The notes beneath the pieces are model-generated. The model was not told the DNA's origin. It did no database searches and saw nothing but the letters and a program-made list of their open reading frames with translations. A DNA stretch of 64,000 bases from an uncultured Gammaproteobacteria bacterium (GTDB lineage Bacteria; Patescibacteriota; Microgenomatia; Levybacterales; GWA1-39-11): NCBI GenBank assembly GCA_964485575.1, contig CAZAJO010000002.1, positions 23,230-87,229 of the forward strand, read 5' to 3'. A program made the position numbers and the translations under genes. This document shows positions 34,498 to 48,122 of the stretch, in pieces (within the stretch, counting starts at the first letter, position 1; the number at the start of each line of letters is the position of its first letter).

Positions 34498-37400
34498 ATG
34501 GCAGATTTTGTTCACCTACATAACCACAGCGAGTATTCATTGCTTGACGGACTATCCCGCATAGATCCTATGGTGGAATATGCCAAAAGGCAGGGAATGA
34601 AAGCAATTGCCATAACAGACCATGGAAATTTATATGGAGCAATTAAGTTTTACAAGAAATGCCTTGCTGAAGAAATAAAACCTATCATTGGATGCGAAAT
34701 TTATGTCGCCAAAAGAAATTTACACGACAAAGAGGCAGGGGTTGATAAGGACTACAATCATCTAATACTTTTGGCAAAGGATCTTGCAGGATACAAAAAT
34801 TTACTCAAAATCATCACAGTCTCCCACTTGGAAGGGTTCTACTACAAGCCAAGAACCGATGTTGCCTTACTTAAAAAATACAGCGAAGGACTAATTTGCC
34901 TTACCGCGTGTGTAAGTGGATATGTAGGAGAACCACTTTTAGAAGGTAAAGAGGCAGAAGCAAAAAAAAGGCTTGAAACACTGATTAATATTTACACGAA
35001 AGAAAATCTGTTCTTAGAGATCCAAAGACATACTCATGTCTCTCCTCAGGCGGAATTGAATGAAAAACTTATAGCTCTTTCAAAGGAATACGGCGTAGAA
35101 CTTGTAGCTACAAATGACAATCATTATATCGAGAAAGATGATGCGGAAGCTCAAGAGCTATTACTTTGCATAGGAACCCAAACAACAATGCTTGATGAGG
35201 GTCGAAAACTCTCCATGATAGACTCTCCGGATTTCTATATCAAAACTTCCGAAGAGATGAGTGAGGCATTTAAAGACATCCCTGAAGCAGTTACAAATTC
35301 GGTAAAGATAGCTGAAATGTGTAATTTAGAGCTTACTCTCGGAAAGTGGATCATGCCACAGTATGAGGTGCCAAAAGGCATGACAACAGCTGACTATTTC
35401 AAGGAGCTCATTGAAGAGAGGCTACCCTTCAGATATCCAAAAGTAACTGATGAAATAAGGGAAAGAATCAATTATGAAATTGAGGTAATACTTAAAAAAG
35501 GGTATGAAACCTACTTTCTGACTGTTGCTGATTTTGTGAACTGGGCAAAGGATCACGAAATAAGCGTTGGACCGGGAAGAGGTTCTGCAGCGGGATCTGT
35601 GGTATCTTACATATTAAGAATAACTGACGTTGACCCTTTCTACTTCAATCTCCCTTTTGAAAGATTCCTAAATCCGGAAAGACCTTCAGCACCCGATATC
35701 GACCTTGATTTTGCTGATACCAGACGGGATGAGGTCATTCAATACGTCACTGAAAAATATGGACATGACAAAGTTGCCCAAATCATAACTTTCGGGACCA
35801 TGGAAGCTCGGGGATCAGTCCGTGACGCTGGTCGTGCGCTTGGAATGCCATATGCTCAACCTGACAGGATCTCCAAAATGATCCCACCAGGGTGGCAAGG
35901 ACACCATATGACTATTGATCTTGCACTCACTCAAAGTCCTGATCTTAAGAATGCTTATAACACTGAACCTGAAACAAAAAGGCTCTTAGACATTGCAAAA
36001 AAACTGAATGGGGTCGCCCGACACGCATCAGTGCATGCTGCGGGAGTTGTCATAGCAGACAAAGATCTTACAGAGTATGTACCGTTACAAAAAGAAACGA
36101 ATGGTGACAAGATTGTCACCCAATACGACATGTACACCGTTGGTGAGGATGGGGTCGGACTTCTGAAGATGGACTTTCTGGGACTTCGCAATCTTACTAT
36201 TATCCAAGAAGCTCTCCGTTTTATTAAAGAAAACCAAAACAAAGAGATAGACTTCCAAAAAATCTCATATGATGACCCTCCGACATACAGACTTTTGGCG
36301 AGTGGTGAGACGACCGGCATATTCCAGCTTGAGTCTGCCGGTATGAGACGGTATATCAAGGAGTTAAAGCCGACGACAATTTTTGATGTGATGGCAATGG
36401 TTGCGCTTTACCGTCCCGGACCTATGCAAAATATTCCGGACTTTATAGCACGGAAGCACGACCCATCAAAAATCTCTTTCCCAGATCCAAGACTAGAGCA
36501 AATCCTAGCTAATTCCTACGGAATCTTGACGTTTCAGGATGATGTCCTTTTGACAACAATTGCACTTGCAGGATACACATGGTTAGACGCTGATAAATTT
36601 AGAAAAGCAATGGGTAAGAAAATTCCTGCTGAAATGAAAAAGCAGAAAGAGATATTTCTTACAGGAGCTGTCAAAAACGGACTTACACAAAAAAAAGCCG
36701 AGGAAATATTTGAATTGATTGCTCCTTTTGCAGGATATGGTTTTAACAAGGCACATGCATCATGCTATGCAACTATCGCTTTTAGGACCGCTTATCTTAA
36801 GGCTCATTTCCCGGTAGAATTTATGACTGCTCTTCTGACGGCAGAGTCGCGTGGCTCTACCGGTCCTCAAAAGAATGAGAAAATCTCAATTGCTGTGGCT
36901 GAGTGTAAGAGACTCAAGATTGAGGTGCTGGGTCCGAACGTCAATAAATCCCTCCAAGACTTTTCTATAGAAGAAAACAAGGTCAGATTTGGACTTTCGG
37001 CAGTTAAAAACGTTGGCACGGCTGCTATCTCAACTATCCTTGAGGCTCGGGAAAAGGGTGAATTTACCAACCTTTCAGATTTTTGCTCTCGTGTTGACCT
37101 CTCTAAAGTAAATAAAAAAACTCTCGAGAGTCTCATCAAAGCCGGGGCATTTGATGAATTTGGTAAGAGAGCCTCAATGCTTTTTTCGATCACTAACATT
37201 GTTTCATCAATCACAAAAAAGGCCGTCAAAAAACCAACAAATCAAGTGAGTCTTTTTGCCGATCTACCTCAAGAGACTGCAGGACCTCTCTTGGACACTT
37301 CTATCCAAGACATTGACGATTTTACCGATAGCGAGAAGTTGATGTTTGAGCGCGAACTTTTAGGGTTTTTCTTATCTGACCACCCTCTCAACTACAAACT

Positions 37401-37713
37401 AAACACCCTATTCACATTTGCTACTCATAAAATTTCAGATCTTCCCGAAGTAAATAACGGAACAAGGATCAAAATCGGGGGTCTTATCTCTTCCATCAAG
37501 AAAATATTCACAAAAAGATCGAATGAGGAAATGGCATTCGTAACTCTTGAGGATCATCTGGGAGTAAGCATTGAATGCGTAGTTTTCCCAAAGATATTTG
37601 AAAAATCCAAATCCTATCTCGTAAAAGATGCAATAGTCATCATGGAAGGCAAGCTAGACTTCAAAGAAGAACTTCCTGTCATAATTGTCGAGGGTGTACG
37701 CATTCTTAACTAA
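34498..37713 (+). CDS. dnaE: DNA polymerase III alpha subunit
   Basis: The N-terminal PHP motif FVHLHNHSEYSLLDG, a polymerase core and an OB-fold are present. 1071 aa. Confidence 0.85.
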   Translation: MADFVHLHNHSEYSLLDGLSRIDPMVEYAKRQGMKAIAITDHGNLYGAIKFYKKCLAEEIKPIIGCEIYVAKRNLHDKEAGVDKDYNHLILLAKDLAGYKNLLKIITVSHLEGFYYKPRTDVALLKKYSEGLICLTACVSGYVGEPLLEGKEAEAKKRLETLINIYTKENLFLEIQRHTHVSPQAELNEKLIALSKEYGVELVATNDNHYIEKDDAEAQELLLCIGTQTTMLDEGRKLSMIDSPDFYIKTSEEMSEAFKDIPEAVTNSVKIAEMCNLELTLGKWIMPQYEVPKGMTTADYFKELIEERLPFRYPKVTDEIRERINYEIEVILKKGYETYFLTVADFVNWAKDHEISVGPGRGSAAGSVVSYILRITDVDPFYFNLPFERFLNPERPSAPDIDLDFADTRRDEVIQYVTEKYGHDKVAQIITFGTMEARGSVRDAGRALGMPYAQPDRISKMIPPGWQGHHMTIDLALTQSPDLKNAYNTEPETKRLLDIAKKLNGVARHASVHAAGVVIADKDLTEYVPLQKETNGDKIVTQYDMYTVGEDGVGLLKMDFLGLRNLTIIQEALRFIKENQNKEIDFQKISYDDPPTYRLLASGETTGIFQLESAGMRRYIKELKPTTIFDVMAMVALYRPGPMQNIPDFIARKHDPSKISFPDPRLEQILANSYGILTFQDDVLLTTIALAGYTWLDADKFRKAMGKKIPAEMKKQKEIFLTGAVKNGLTQKKAEEIFELIAPFAGYGFNKAHASCYATIAFRTAYLKAHFPVEFMTALLTAESRGSTGPQKNEKISIAVAECKRLKIEVLGPNVNKSLQDFSIEENKVRFGLSAVKNVGTAAISTILEAREKGEFTNLSDFCSRVDLSKVNKKTLESLIKAGAFDEFGKRASMLFSITNIVSSITKKAVKKPTNQVSLFADLPQETAGPLLDTSIQDIDDFTDSEKLMFERELLGFFLSDHPLNYKLNTLFTFATHKISDLPEVNNGTRIKIGGLISSIKKIFTKRSNEEMAFVTLEDHLGVSIECVVFPKIFEKSKSYLVKDAIVIMEGKLDFKEELPVIIVEGVRILN

Positions 37714-37731
37714 TGTCAATACATATAGGCA

Positions 37732-37760
37732 TTGACTTAAATTTTGAGGTTAGGTACAAT
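37732..37760 (+). promoter_or_regulatory. putative sigma70-like promoter of the ATP synthase operon
   Basis: TTGACT (37732-37737), a 17-nt spacer, then TACAAT (37755-37760). It lies 11 nt upstream of the atpB ATG. Confidence 0.45.
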
Positions 37761-37771
37761 AACATTTCTTA

Positions 37772-38521
37772 ATGGCCTCACTCAGACCAGAAATTATTGG
37801 GAACGTCGGTGGATTTCCTCTCACAAACACGTTTGTGACTACTATTTTAGTGGATGTCGTCATTTTTTCCTTAATTTTTGCATTCTCAAGACGGGCAGCA
37901 CTTATACCCTCTGGGGTCCAAGCAGTTTTTGAACCGGTGATTGAATATTTTTATGATTTAACTTCTAGTATTGCCGGGAGTAAGGTTGCCACAATATTCC
38001 CTTGGTTTGCTAGCTTTTTCTTTTTTATTGTCTTTGCAAATTTGATAGCACTATTGCCCGGGTTTGGTAGTATAGGTTTTTGGGAAACGGTAGAACATCA
38101 TGGTGAATCAAAACACGAGCTTATTCCACTTTTTAGAGCTGCAACAAGCGACTTTAATGTAACCCTCGCTTTGGGTGCAGTTTCTGTGGTGGCAACACAC
38201 GTTATAGCCCTCCAATACAATGGTCTTCTTGGTTATATTAAAAAGTTTCTTTCATTGAATCCTATTTATCTTTTTATCGGACTCTTAGAGTTTTGTCTTG
38301 AACTTGTAAAGATCTTTTCGCTTTCTTTCAGACTTTTTGGTAATATATTCGCAGGAGAAGTAGTACTGGTAACGGTTGCAGGTCTTTCTGCTTTCTTTGC
38401 ACCAATTCCATTCTTGTTGCTTGAAGTGATTGTAGCACTTGTACAATCACTCGTATTTGCAATGTTAACAATGGTATTTATGTCATTATTGGCAACTACC
38501 AGTAAAGAAGGCGGACACTAA
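37772..38521 (+). CDS. atpB: F0F1 ATP synthase subunit a
   Basis: The conserved Arg helix reads LSFRLFGNIFAGEVV. Confidence 0.75.
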   Translation: MASLRPEIIGNVGGFPLTNTFVTTILVDVVIFSLIFAFSRRAALIPSGVQAVFEPVIEYFYDLTSSIAGSKVATIFPWFASFFFFIVFANLIALLPGFGSIGFWETVEHHGESKHELIPLFRAATSDFNVTLALGAVSVVATHVIALQYNGLLGYIKKFLSLNPIYLFIGLLEFCLELVKIFSLSFRLFGNIFAGEVVLVTVAGLSAFFAPIPFLLLEVIVALVQSLVFAMLTMVFMSLLATTSKEGGH

Positions 38522-38558
38522 TAAAAAAACATGATTAAAACATATACATATTTAATGA

Positions 38559-38783
<225 letters not shown>

Positions 38784-38814
38784 TAAATTACCAAAAGAGG
38801 AGGAATTTTAAATT

Positions 38815-39318
38815 ATGGAAATTCTCGATCAATTTGGATTTGATATAAAATTATTTGTTGCACAAATAGTTAATTTTTTGGTGATCGCCTACGTATTCAA
38901 GCGGTTTCTATACAAACCTTTGCTTGCGATTCTCGAAAAAAGAAAATCTACAATCAAAAAGGGGCTTTTAGATGCTGAAAAAGCTGAAAAGGCTCTTTCA
39001 GAAGCTGAGGAAAAGAAAGACGCAATCCTTGCAAAAGCTGGTAAAGAAGCTGAAAGGCTTATCAATGAAGCCAAGAATCAAGCAACGTCTGCACGTGAGT
39101 TGATGCTTGAAGATACAAAAAAAGAAATCGCTACGATGATGGAAGCGACAAAAATACAGATCGAACTCGAGAAAGAGAACTTTAAGAAAGAGGCCAAGAA
39201 TTTGTCATTGGAATTATCAAGGCAAATACTTTCAACAACGATAGAAAGTCTATTTGACAAAAAAGAACAGGATACTCTGATCAAAAAAGGTATCACAAAA
39301 ATAAAAAGTCATGAATAA
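38815..39318 (+). CDS. atpF: F0F1 ATP synthase subunit b
   Basis: A single N-terminal TM is followed by a long charged helix. Position in the operon fits. Confidence 0.6.
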   Translation: MEILDQFGFDIKLFVAQIVNFLVIAYVFKRFLYKPLLAILEKRKSTIKKGLLDAEKAEKALSEAEEKKDAILAKAGKEAERLINEAKNQATSARELMLEDTKKEIATMMEATKIQIELEKENFKKEAKNLSLELSRQILSTTIESLFDKKEQDTLIKKGITKIKSHE

Positions 39319-39664
39319 TAAAGAACAAAAATTAAAACAACTGGCCATACTCGCTTCAAAAAGTGATAGTATCCCTGAAGATATCGCTTCATATCTATTG
39401 AATTACCTTGGCAAGCAAGAGTTGAAAGTATTCTTGCGCTTTTACAAAAATGAGATTGATAGAAAAAGAGTCTACGTTTCGACTCCTCAAAATCTTTCTC
39501 AAGATAGTATGAAAACATTGAAGAATTTATATGCACAAAAAGAGATAATACTCTCAGTTGATCCGACACTAGGCGCAGGCTTGAAAATTCAACAAAATGA
39601 CACTATAGTCGATTTTACTTTTAAGAAATATATAGATGACACAATCGATACGTTAAAAGACTAG
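39311..39664 (+). CDS. atpH: F0F1 ATP synthase subunit delta (short, 117 aa)
   Basis: The C-terminal OSCP-like [19 protein letters not shown] and operon position fit. There is an 8-nt overlap with atpF. Confidence 0.5.
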   Translation: MNNKEQKLKQLAILASKSDSIPEDIASYLLNYLGKQELKVFLRFYKNEIDRKRVYVSTPQNLSQDSMKTLKNLYAQKEIILSVDPTLGAGLKIQQNDTIVDFTFKKYIDDTIDTLKD

Positions 39665-39665
39665 T

Positions 39666-41180
39666 ATGAAACAAGAAGAGTTACTAAAACAAATAGAAAA
39701 AAGGCTCTCTACAGTACATCTTAACCCTAAGATGGAAAATGTTGGAGTCGTCCAAAGTGTAGGAGATGGAATCATCCAGGCGTCCGGACTTTCAAGAGTC
39801 GGATTTGGTGAGGAAGTTGAATTCAAGAATGGAGCAAGAGGTCTTTCTTTCAACCTTAATGAAGATCTTACGTCAATCATCCTTCTTACCGAAAGTTTGG
39901 ATATCCAAGAGGGAGACAGTATCAAAACCACAGGAAGAATTTTAGGAATCACAGGTAGCGATGAGCTTATTGGACGCGTTATCGACCCCCTACAAAACCC
40001 ACTCGATGGCAAAAGACTTTCATTGAAAGGACCACTCTACCCTCTAGAGAAGATTGCACCTGGAGTTATCGAAAGACAATCAGTTGATACCCCATTAAAA
40101 ACAGGGATAAAAGCTATTGACGCTATGACTCCAATTGGACGGGGACAACGGGAACTTATAATCGGCGACAGAAATACAGGAAAAACCGCGATTGCTATCG
40201 ATACGATCATTAATCAGAAGAAAAAAGATCTCGGTCTTAAGAAAGTTATCTGTATCTATTGTGCAATCGGTCAAAAAAGAAGCAATATTGCCCGTATAAT
40301 CGGAAAGCTTGAAGAGGAGGGAGCGATGGATTACACGATCGTTGTTGCGGCATCCTCATCTGATTCTGCTGCACTTCAATACCTTGCCCCATTTGCTGCA
40401 ACTGCAATCGGTGAATACTTTATGGAAAAAGGGGAGGACGTTCTTGTCGTTTTTGACGATTTCTCAAAACATGCGTGGGCATATAGACAAATTTCACTTC
40501 TTCTCAAACGTCCGGCGGGCCGCGAAGCATATCCTGGAGATATCTTTTATCTACATTCCAGAATTTTAGAAAGGTCTTCAAGAATGTCAGATAAATTGGG
40601 AGGTGGGTCTCTCACTGCCCTTCCTATTATTGAAACTCAGGCTGCAGACAACTCAGCCTATATCCCTACAAACGTCATCTCTATTACAGACGGACAAATC
40701 TACCTTGAGAACGATCTCTTCAATCAAGGGGTGAGACCGGCTATCAACACCGGTCAGTCAGTTTCACGCGTTGGAGGGGCTGCACAGACTAAAATCATGA
40801 AACAAATTGCAGGACCACTCAGGCTTGAAAGTGCACAGTATCGAGAACTCGCAGCCTTTGCACAATTTGGAAGTGATTTGGATGAAGAGACTCTGAAAAA
40901 GATAGAGCGAGGAAAAAGGGTTGCTGAGATTCTAAAACAACCACAATACTCCCCTCTTTCAGAATTTGAGCAAGTAGTTAGTATTTATTCTGCGGCGACA
41001 GGACTTTTGGATGATTTTCCCGTAGATCAGATTGGTCTTTTTGAACAAAAAATAATAGATTTTATTAAAGTCAAGAATAAAGGATTACTCAAAAAGCTTG
41101 AGGCTGGGGAAAAAATGGATGATAAGACTATCGAAGAACTAAAGAACGTTGTCACAAGCTTCAAAAAGACCGTCAAGTAA
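39666..41180 (+). CDS. atpA: F0F1 ATP synthase subunit alpha
   Basis: The Walker A motif GDRNTGKT and alpha-specific regions are present. 504 aa. Confidence 0.9.
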   Translation: MKQEELLKQIEKRLSTVHLNPKMENVGVVQSVGDGIIQASGLSRVGFGEEVEFKNGARGLSFNLNEDLTSIILLTESLDIQEGDSIKTTGRILGITGSDELIGRVIDPLQNPLDGKRLSLKGPLYPLEKIAPGVIERQSVDTPLKTGIKAIDAMTPIGRGQRELIIGDRNTGKTAIAIDTIINQKKKDLGLKKVICIYCAIGQKRSNIARIIGKLEEEGAMDYTIVVAASSSDSAALQYLAPFAATAIGEYFMEKGEDVLVVFDDFSKHAWAYRQISLLLKRPAGREAYPGDIFYLHSRILERSSRMSDKLGGGSLTALPIIETQAADNSAYIPTNVISITDGQIYLENDLFNQGVRPAINTGQSVSRVGGAAQTKIMKQIAGPLRLESAQYRELAAFAQFGSDLDEETLKKIERGKRVAEILKQPQYSPLSEFEQVVSIYSAATGLLDDFPVDQIGLFEQKIIDFIKVKNKGLLKKLEAGEKMDDKTIEELKNVVTSFKKTVK

Positions 41181-41184
41181 TACT

Positions 41185-43415
<2,231 letters not shown>

Positions 43416-43418
43416 GTT

Positions 43419-43823
43419 ATGTTTCAACTCCAAATATTGTCACCATTAGGTGAAGTCTTCAATGAGTCAGTAGATGAAGCTTTACTCCCAACCGATAAAG
43501 GCGAAATCGCCATATTACCCCATCACGTCCCATTGTTCTCAAAGCTGACTGAAGGAACCATAACTATCAGCAAGGGTGGTAAAAGTACTGTAATTGCCAT
43601 CGTAGGTGGGTTTTTAGAGGTTAATAATGAAATAGTCACAATCCTATCTGATTTTGCGATAAAAGCCGAGAATATTCAGGTTGCAAGAGCCTTGGAAGCA
43701 AAAAAACAAGCTGAGGAGTTCATCTCCAACAAACAGGGGACAGCAGATCTGATCATGGCAGAGAGGCAATTACAAAAGTCTTTGCTAGAACTTAAAGTAG
43801 CCGACAAAATGAAGCACCATTAA
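43419..43823 (+). CDS. atpC: F0F1 ATP synthase subunit epsilon
   Basis: An N-terminal beta-sandwich and a C-terminal helical hairpin are present. Operon position fits. Confidence 0.7.
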   Translation: MFQLQILSPLGEVFNESVDEALLPTDKGEIAILPHHVPLFSKLTEGTITISKGGKSTVIAIVGGFLEVNNEIVTILSDFAIKAENIQVARALEAKKQAEEFISNKQGTADLIMAERQLQKSLLELKVADKMKHH

Positions 43824-43828
43824 TCTCT

Positions 43829-44560
43829 ATGATCCGCAGAAGAATACGTTCCTCAAGACTATCAAGAACTAGTGAAAAGCAAAATAAAAGACAAGCTCTT
43901 TTGTTCACGATTGGTATTGTCGTTCTCCTCGTGATTCTAATTCAGTTTGGACCAATCCTAATAAACATTTTTGGCAATGTTGTATATACTCTTCGAGGTG
44001 GAGACAAGAGTGATACACAAGTGGTAGGACAAGAGCTACTTCAACCACCAATCCTTATTGGGGTTGCCGAGGCAACTCAAAGTGCAACAATCTCCTTTAG
44101 CGGTGTCGCACCGGACAAAAGTGGAACAGTCGAACTGTACGTGAATGATGACCTTGTGGATGAAATTGAGGTCCATAGTAAAACTGACTTTCAAATCAAT
44201 AGTTTGCCATTGAAAAAGGGCGTAAATATTGTAAAGGCTCGCTTTGTTAAAGGAGACAAGACTAGTTCATTCACTCAAGATTATCTCGTCAATTACCTCA
44301 ACGACAAACCAAAACTTGAGGTCTCTTTTCCGAATGATGGTGGAACATACACAAAAGCAGACAAAAATATTACTGTTACAGGAATGACAGACCCTGACAA
44401 CACTGTTTCTGTCAATTCATTTAGAGCAATAGTTGATACATCTGGCAAATTTTCATACCAGCTTCAATTGAACGACGGTGAGAATCAGATAACGATTGAT
44501 GCACAAAATCCTGCAGGAGGTACCACTCAGAAGCAATTGAAGGTTACTTATCAGCCTTAG
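43829..44560 (+). CDS. membrane-anchored protein with bacterial Ig-like/β-sandwich repeats
   Basis: An N-terminal basic region and TM are followed by repeats such as VELYVNDDLVDEIEV and NQITIDAQNPAGG, typical of Big-like domains. Confidence 0.4.
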   Translation: MIRRRIRSSRLSRTSEKQNKRQALLFTIGIVVLLVILIQFGPILINIFGNVVYTLRGGDKSDTQVVGQELLQPPILIGVAEATQSATISFSGVAPDKSGTVELYVNDDLVDEIEVHSKTDFQINSLPLKKGVNIVKARFVKGDKTSSFTQDYLVNYLNDKPKLEVSFPNDGGTYTKADKNITVTGMTDPDNTVSVNSFRAIVDTSGKFSYQLQLNDGENQITIDAQNPAGGTTQKQLKVTYQP

Positions 44561-45737
44561 ACCCAATACCTATTACCCTTGCCATTAAAAACCAAAATGT
44601 CAGGATAGGCGTATAAAAAAGTACGTTTGTAAATAAGCTCCCTACGATAAGTGCTATCATGGTCGGAAACAGTATAACTATTTTCTTTTTCTGATGTGTT
44701 AGTATTTCCTTTCCTAAAAGGAACCATGAGAATATATACACAATTACTCCTATGCTTCCTGTTGTCACGAAAGCAAATAGAAAACTGTTGTCGGTACCAG
44801 CATCAGCATTGCTCCATGAAGCCCCTTTTTCATTTCTGTAACCATATCTCAACTGAGCATACCGAAATGCGTTAAACCCAACTCCACCTATCGGGTTTTT
44901 TGAGATTATATCTATGGATTCTTTCACTGAATCAATCCGCTTACTTGTAGATGCTGTTCTTAAAGGATTTAGTCCTTCAACGTGAGTATCTGAGATAAGA
45001 AACAAAAAAGCAATCATAAGAAGTCCAACAAATAAAACTTGCTTAATTTTTTTTGTTATGACTGCATAGCTTACTATCCCAACAAGAAGAGAAACCAGAG
45101 CTGTTCTTGAAAATGTAAGATATATGGCAATAACAGTACAAAATGCAAGAATTATTTCTTTATAAACTGCTTCAAATTTGCCACTTCCTATGCGAGTGAA
45201 TAGATAGAAAAAAAACATGACAAAAAATACTCCGGCAAAATTAGGGTCCAGAAATGAAGAAAACATTCTGTAGAGATGGTTGTCCCAGCCGAGGTAAAAT
45301 AACTTGTAAAGATCATAGTAAAAGAAAAACTGCCAATATCCCATCAGGATGATGATTATTCCAGAAAATAACATCACAGACCCTATGCGTTTTAAAAATG
45401 AAGGACTTAGTGGAGCGACAAAAATTGATAGATAGGAAAGATACCGCAGGGGGTAAAGAATTGATTGGATGAGTTTAACGTCAGTATAGAAAAGACAATT
45501 TAATAAAAGACTTACTACACCAATGAACACAAATATTAACTGAAACCTAACAAAATTATTCTTTGGAATTTTCCTTTTTTTTATGAAATAAACCGCTGTA
45601 AGTAGGAAAATAAGCCCAACTAAAATATCTTGAGGAACCACGTAAACGTTTGTCGACAATCTTAACCTTAACAATAATCCGATGGGAAAACTAATAACAA
45701 GTAGCAACGTTAACTTTTGAATTATTTTTTCTATCAT
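44544..45737 (-). CDS. O-antigen ligase/Wzy-like polytopic membrane protein
   Basis: About 10 TM segments with a large periplasmic loop and a YLTFSRTALVSLLVG region typical of the Wzy_C family. Confidence 0.45.
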   Translation of the reverse strand: MIEKIIQKLTLLLVISFPIGLLLRLRLSTNVYVVPQDILVGLIFLLTAVYFIKKRKIPKNNFVRFQLIFVFIGVVSLLLNCLFYTDVKLIQSILYPLRYLSYLSIFVAPLSPSFLKRIGSVMLFSGIIIILMGYWQFFFYYDLYKLFYLGWDNHLYRMFSSFLDPNFAGVFFVMFFFYLFTRIGSGKFEAVYKEIILAFCTVIAIYLTFSRTALVSLLVGIVSYAVITKKIKQVLFVGLLMIAFLFLISDTHVEGLNPLRTASTSKRIDSVKESIDIISKNPIGGVGFNAFRYAQLRYGYRNEKGASWSNADAGTDNSFLFAFVTTGSIGVIVYIFSWFLLGKEILTHQKKKIVILFPTMIALIVGSLFTNVLFYTPILTFWFLMARVIGIGSKADK

Positions 45738-47290
45738 AATCTAAATAGCCAAGCATGAGTTTTTTCATTCCTATAGACAAGCTTACCCTTATCCTCAGGT
45801 TTTTCTGCGCTTTGGTATAAGACGTATTTATAATTATTGTTACCCCATTCATCGATAGTGAATGGAAAATCTACATAATACAGGTTATGTGTATTTTTCA
45901 TAAGAACGACGTCACTACCTACAATTCTTTTGATCTGAGAATTTTCGTCGTAGAAATCTCCGAATTCGAAATTAAGATGACTCATCAAAAATTCCTCTTT
46001 TGATTCTACACCTATTATTACCGGGACGTACTTAAAACTTGCAGCACCCCTGTACAACACGCTTGAGATAGCCAGAACAATGATAACGATGTTCACAAAC
46101 TTAAAAATGGGAGCATTTTTAAGTTTGATAACTGATAAATATACTAAGAGTGAATATGCGGGTAAAAATGGTGCAAGGAACCTCGCTCCTCCGGATTGGG
46201 AAGTAAAATACCATATGAGATACGTTAGAAAACAAAAAACCATAAGAAATAGATATTTTCTTAATTTAAATAACAGTCCATACAAGACAACCGGTAGAAG
46301 AATCACATAGATTGAGCTAATCGGGTCAGGTGCAAAGAGAAAAATTCCCACGAAAGTCTTTATAAAATTCGTAGGCGAGAGAAGATCTATTGTAAAGTTA
46401 CGGAGTCCAAGTTCTGAAAACAATGGAAAGAAAGGGTTACCGGTATGGAAATAAGATATAGCAAACCAAGGCAAAGGAATTGCTAGTGCAACAAAGGAAA
46501 AATTCAATGACTTTTTGATTTTTTCCCTGATTTGATCTTTTGTCAAAGTAAAGATCAATACAATAAAGACAAAAAGAGTTCCAATAGCAAGTATTTTGGT
46601 AGCTATCGCAAATCCCAAAAGAATTGCACTTATAAGCAAATTTTTTCTACTACCCTTCTTTATATATAAAGCAAATTGGTATAACGAAAAACTCTCAAAA
46701 AAAGTTCTTGATAGATCTGAGAATGCTGTAGTTGATAACCACATGATAACCGGGCTTGTATAGAAAAGTATCACAACTAGTAATGACTGGGTCCTTTTTA
46801 GATATAGCCTGGCAAGCTTAAAAAGAACGACACAAGATAAAAGCCCAAAAGTCAGGTGAATCAACTTAGCCATTGTTTCGCTCCACAGTAGCAAGGAGGA
46901 TACATAAAACATTTCTGTTAACTTCGGCATCAATGAATAATAGAAAAGATTGCCTTGAATATAGAAAATCTTTTGATTGAGAATGAATATTTTAGGTATT
47001 GTTAAGTGATACCATAATGAATCGAATGCTAACTCAGGACCGAGTGCACCAATAAGATTTACTCCCGCAAGAGTTAGAAACAAAACATACAAAAGTAAAT
47101 CTTGCTTTGATTGATATTTGATCAGAGCTCCTAAATCTAGTTTTCCAAGCTTGCTTATAGAAAGAAGCAAACCAATAAGAAAAAGCAATACAGTCAAAAG
47201 AAAAACAGGAAAGTAAGACAATTTTCCAATAAGCCCTATGAAGAGAACGCAATATGAATAAACCCCAATGAGAATTGCTATTGTTAGCAT
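45734..47290 (-). CDS. GT-C fold polytopic glycosyltransferase (ArnT/PMT-like, GT39/83-type)
   Basis: It has at least 11 TM segments. The first-loop acidic motif is GPELAFDSLWYHLTIPKIF. It is a paralog of the 48835-50661 gene (DPLDYHLRFPRIY). Confidence 0.5.
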   Translation of the reverse strand: MLTIAILIGVYSYCVLFIGLIGKLSYFPVFLLTVLLFLIGLLLSISKLGKLDLGALIKYQSKQDLLLYVLFLTLAGVNLIGALGPELAFDSLWYHLTIPKIFILNQKIFYIQGNLFYYSLMPKLTEMFYVSSLLLWSETMAKLIHLTFGLLSCVVLFKLARLYLKRTQSLLVVILFYTSPVIMWLSTTAFSDLSRTFFESFSLYQFALYIKKGSRKNLLISAILLGFAIATKILAIGTLFVFIVLIFTLTKDQIREKIKKSLNFSFVALAIPLPWFAISYFHTGNPFFPLFSELGLRNFTIDLLSPTNFIKTFVGIFLFAPDPISSIYVILLPVVLYGLLFKLRKYLFLMVFCFLTYLIWYFTSQSGGARFLAPFLPAYSLLVYLSVIKLKNAPIFKFVNIVIIVLAISSVLYRGAASFKYVPVIIGVESKEEFLMSHLNFEFGDFYDENSQIKRIVGSDVVLMKNTHNLYYVDFPFTIDEWGNNNYKYVLYQSAEKPEDKGKLVYRNEKTHAWLFRL

Positions 47291-47414
47291 AATCCCTTTC
47301 TACAAATCAGGTGGTAATAATACAGAATTATTATTATAATTGTCCAAAGAACAAACAGCCCTAGTACTTTTTTCATATCAGTATTATAACAGCTACAAAA
47401 CTGTTCAAAGCTAG

Positions 47415-48122
47415 ATGAATATAAAAACTGCAGTCATTATTCCCGTATATAACGAGGGGGATAATTTATTAATCCTTATTCCAGATATTTATAAATACAA
47501 TAAAGGTCTTACTCTTTTTGTTGTGGATGACAATTCGACTGATAAAACTGGAACGATCATAAAAAAAATGAGGGCTATGTATCCTATTTTCTATATCAAA
47601 AGGAAAAGCAAACTTGGGAGAGGGACTGCCGTGATAGAAGGCTTTAGACAGGCGTACTTGAAGGGGGGTTTTGAGATATTTGTTGAGATGGATGCAGATC
47701 TTTCCCATAATCCAGAAGAGCTAAAAGGCCTGATAGGCTCAGTGGATAACAAAACTATGGTTCTTGCTTCGCGCTATATTCCAAAAAGCAAAATTTTAGG
47801 GATATCAAAAGGTAGAAAGATAATAAGCAAAATTGTAAATGGTTTTGAAAAAAGACTCTTTGGTCTCCCTATTCATGATTATACGAATGGGTTTAGGGCA
47901 TATTCCAGAGATGCGGTTTCAGTTCTGATAGGACATAAGTATAAAAGCTCAGGATTTGCAACTATTGCAGAGTCGACATACTTACTTCACAAGAAAGGGT
48001 TCAGACTAAAAGAAAAGCCTACAATATTTATTAATAGAAGAATTGGAGGATCAAAAGCCGATCTGCATGAGATGTATATTTCATTGAGAGACCTTATCCG
48101 TGTCCGCTTTTCTAAGATATAA
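47415..48122 (+). CDS. GT2 glycosyltransferase, Dpm1-like polyprenyl-phosphate sugar synthase
   Basis: AVIIPVYNEGDNL, VVDDNSTDKTGTI, a DAD motif and ASRY fit the GT-A/Dpm1 signature. Confidence 0.6.
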   Translation: MNIKTAVIIPVYNEGDNLLILIPDIYKYNKGLTLFVVDDNSTDKTGTIIKKMRAMYPIFYIKRKSKLGRGTAVIEGFRQAYLKGGFEIFVEMDADLSHNPEELKGLIGSVDNKTMVLASRYIPKSKILGISKGRKIISKIVNGFEKRLFGLPIHDYTNGFRAYSRDAVSVLIGHKYKSSGFATIAESTYLLHKKGFRLKEKPTIFINRRIGGSKADLHEMYISLRDLIRVRFSKI

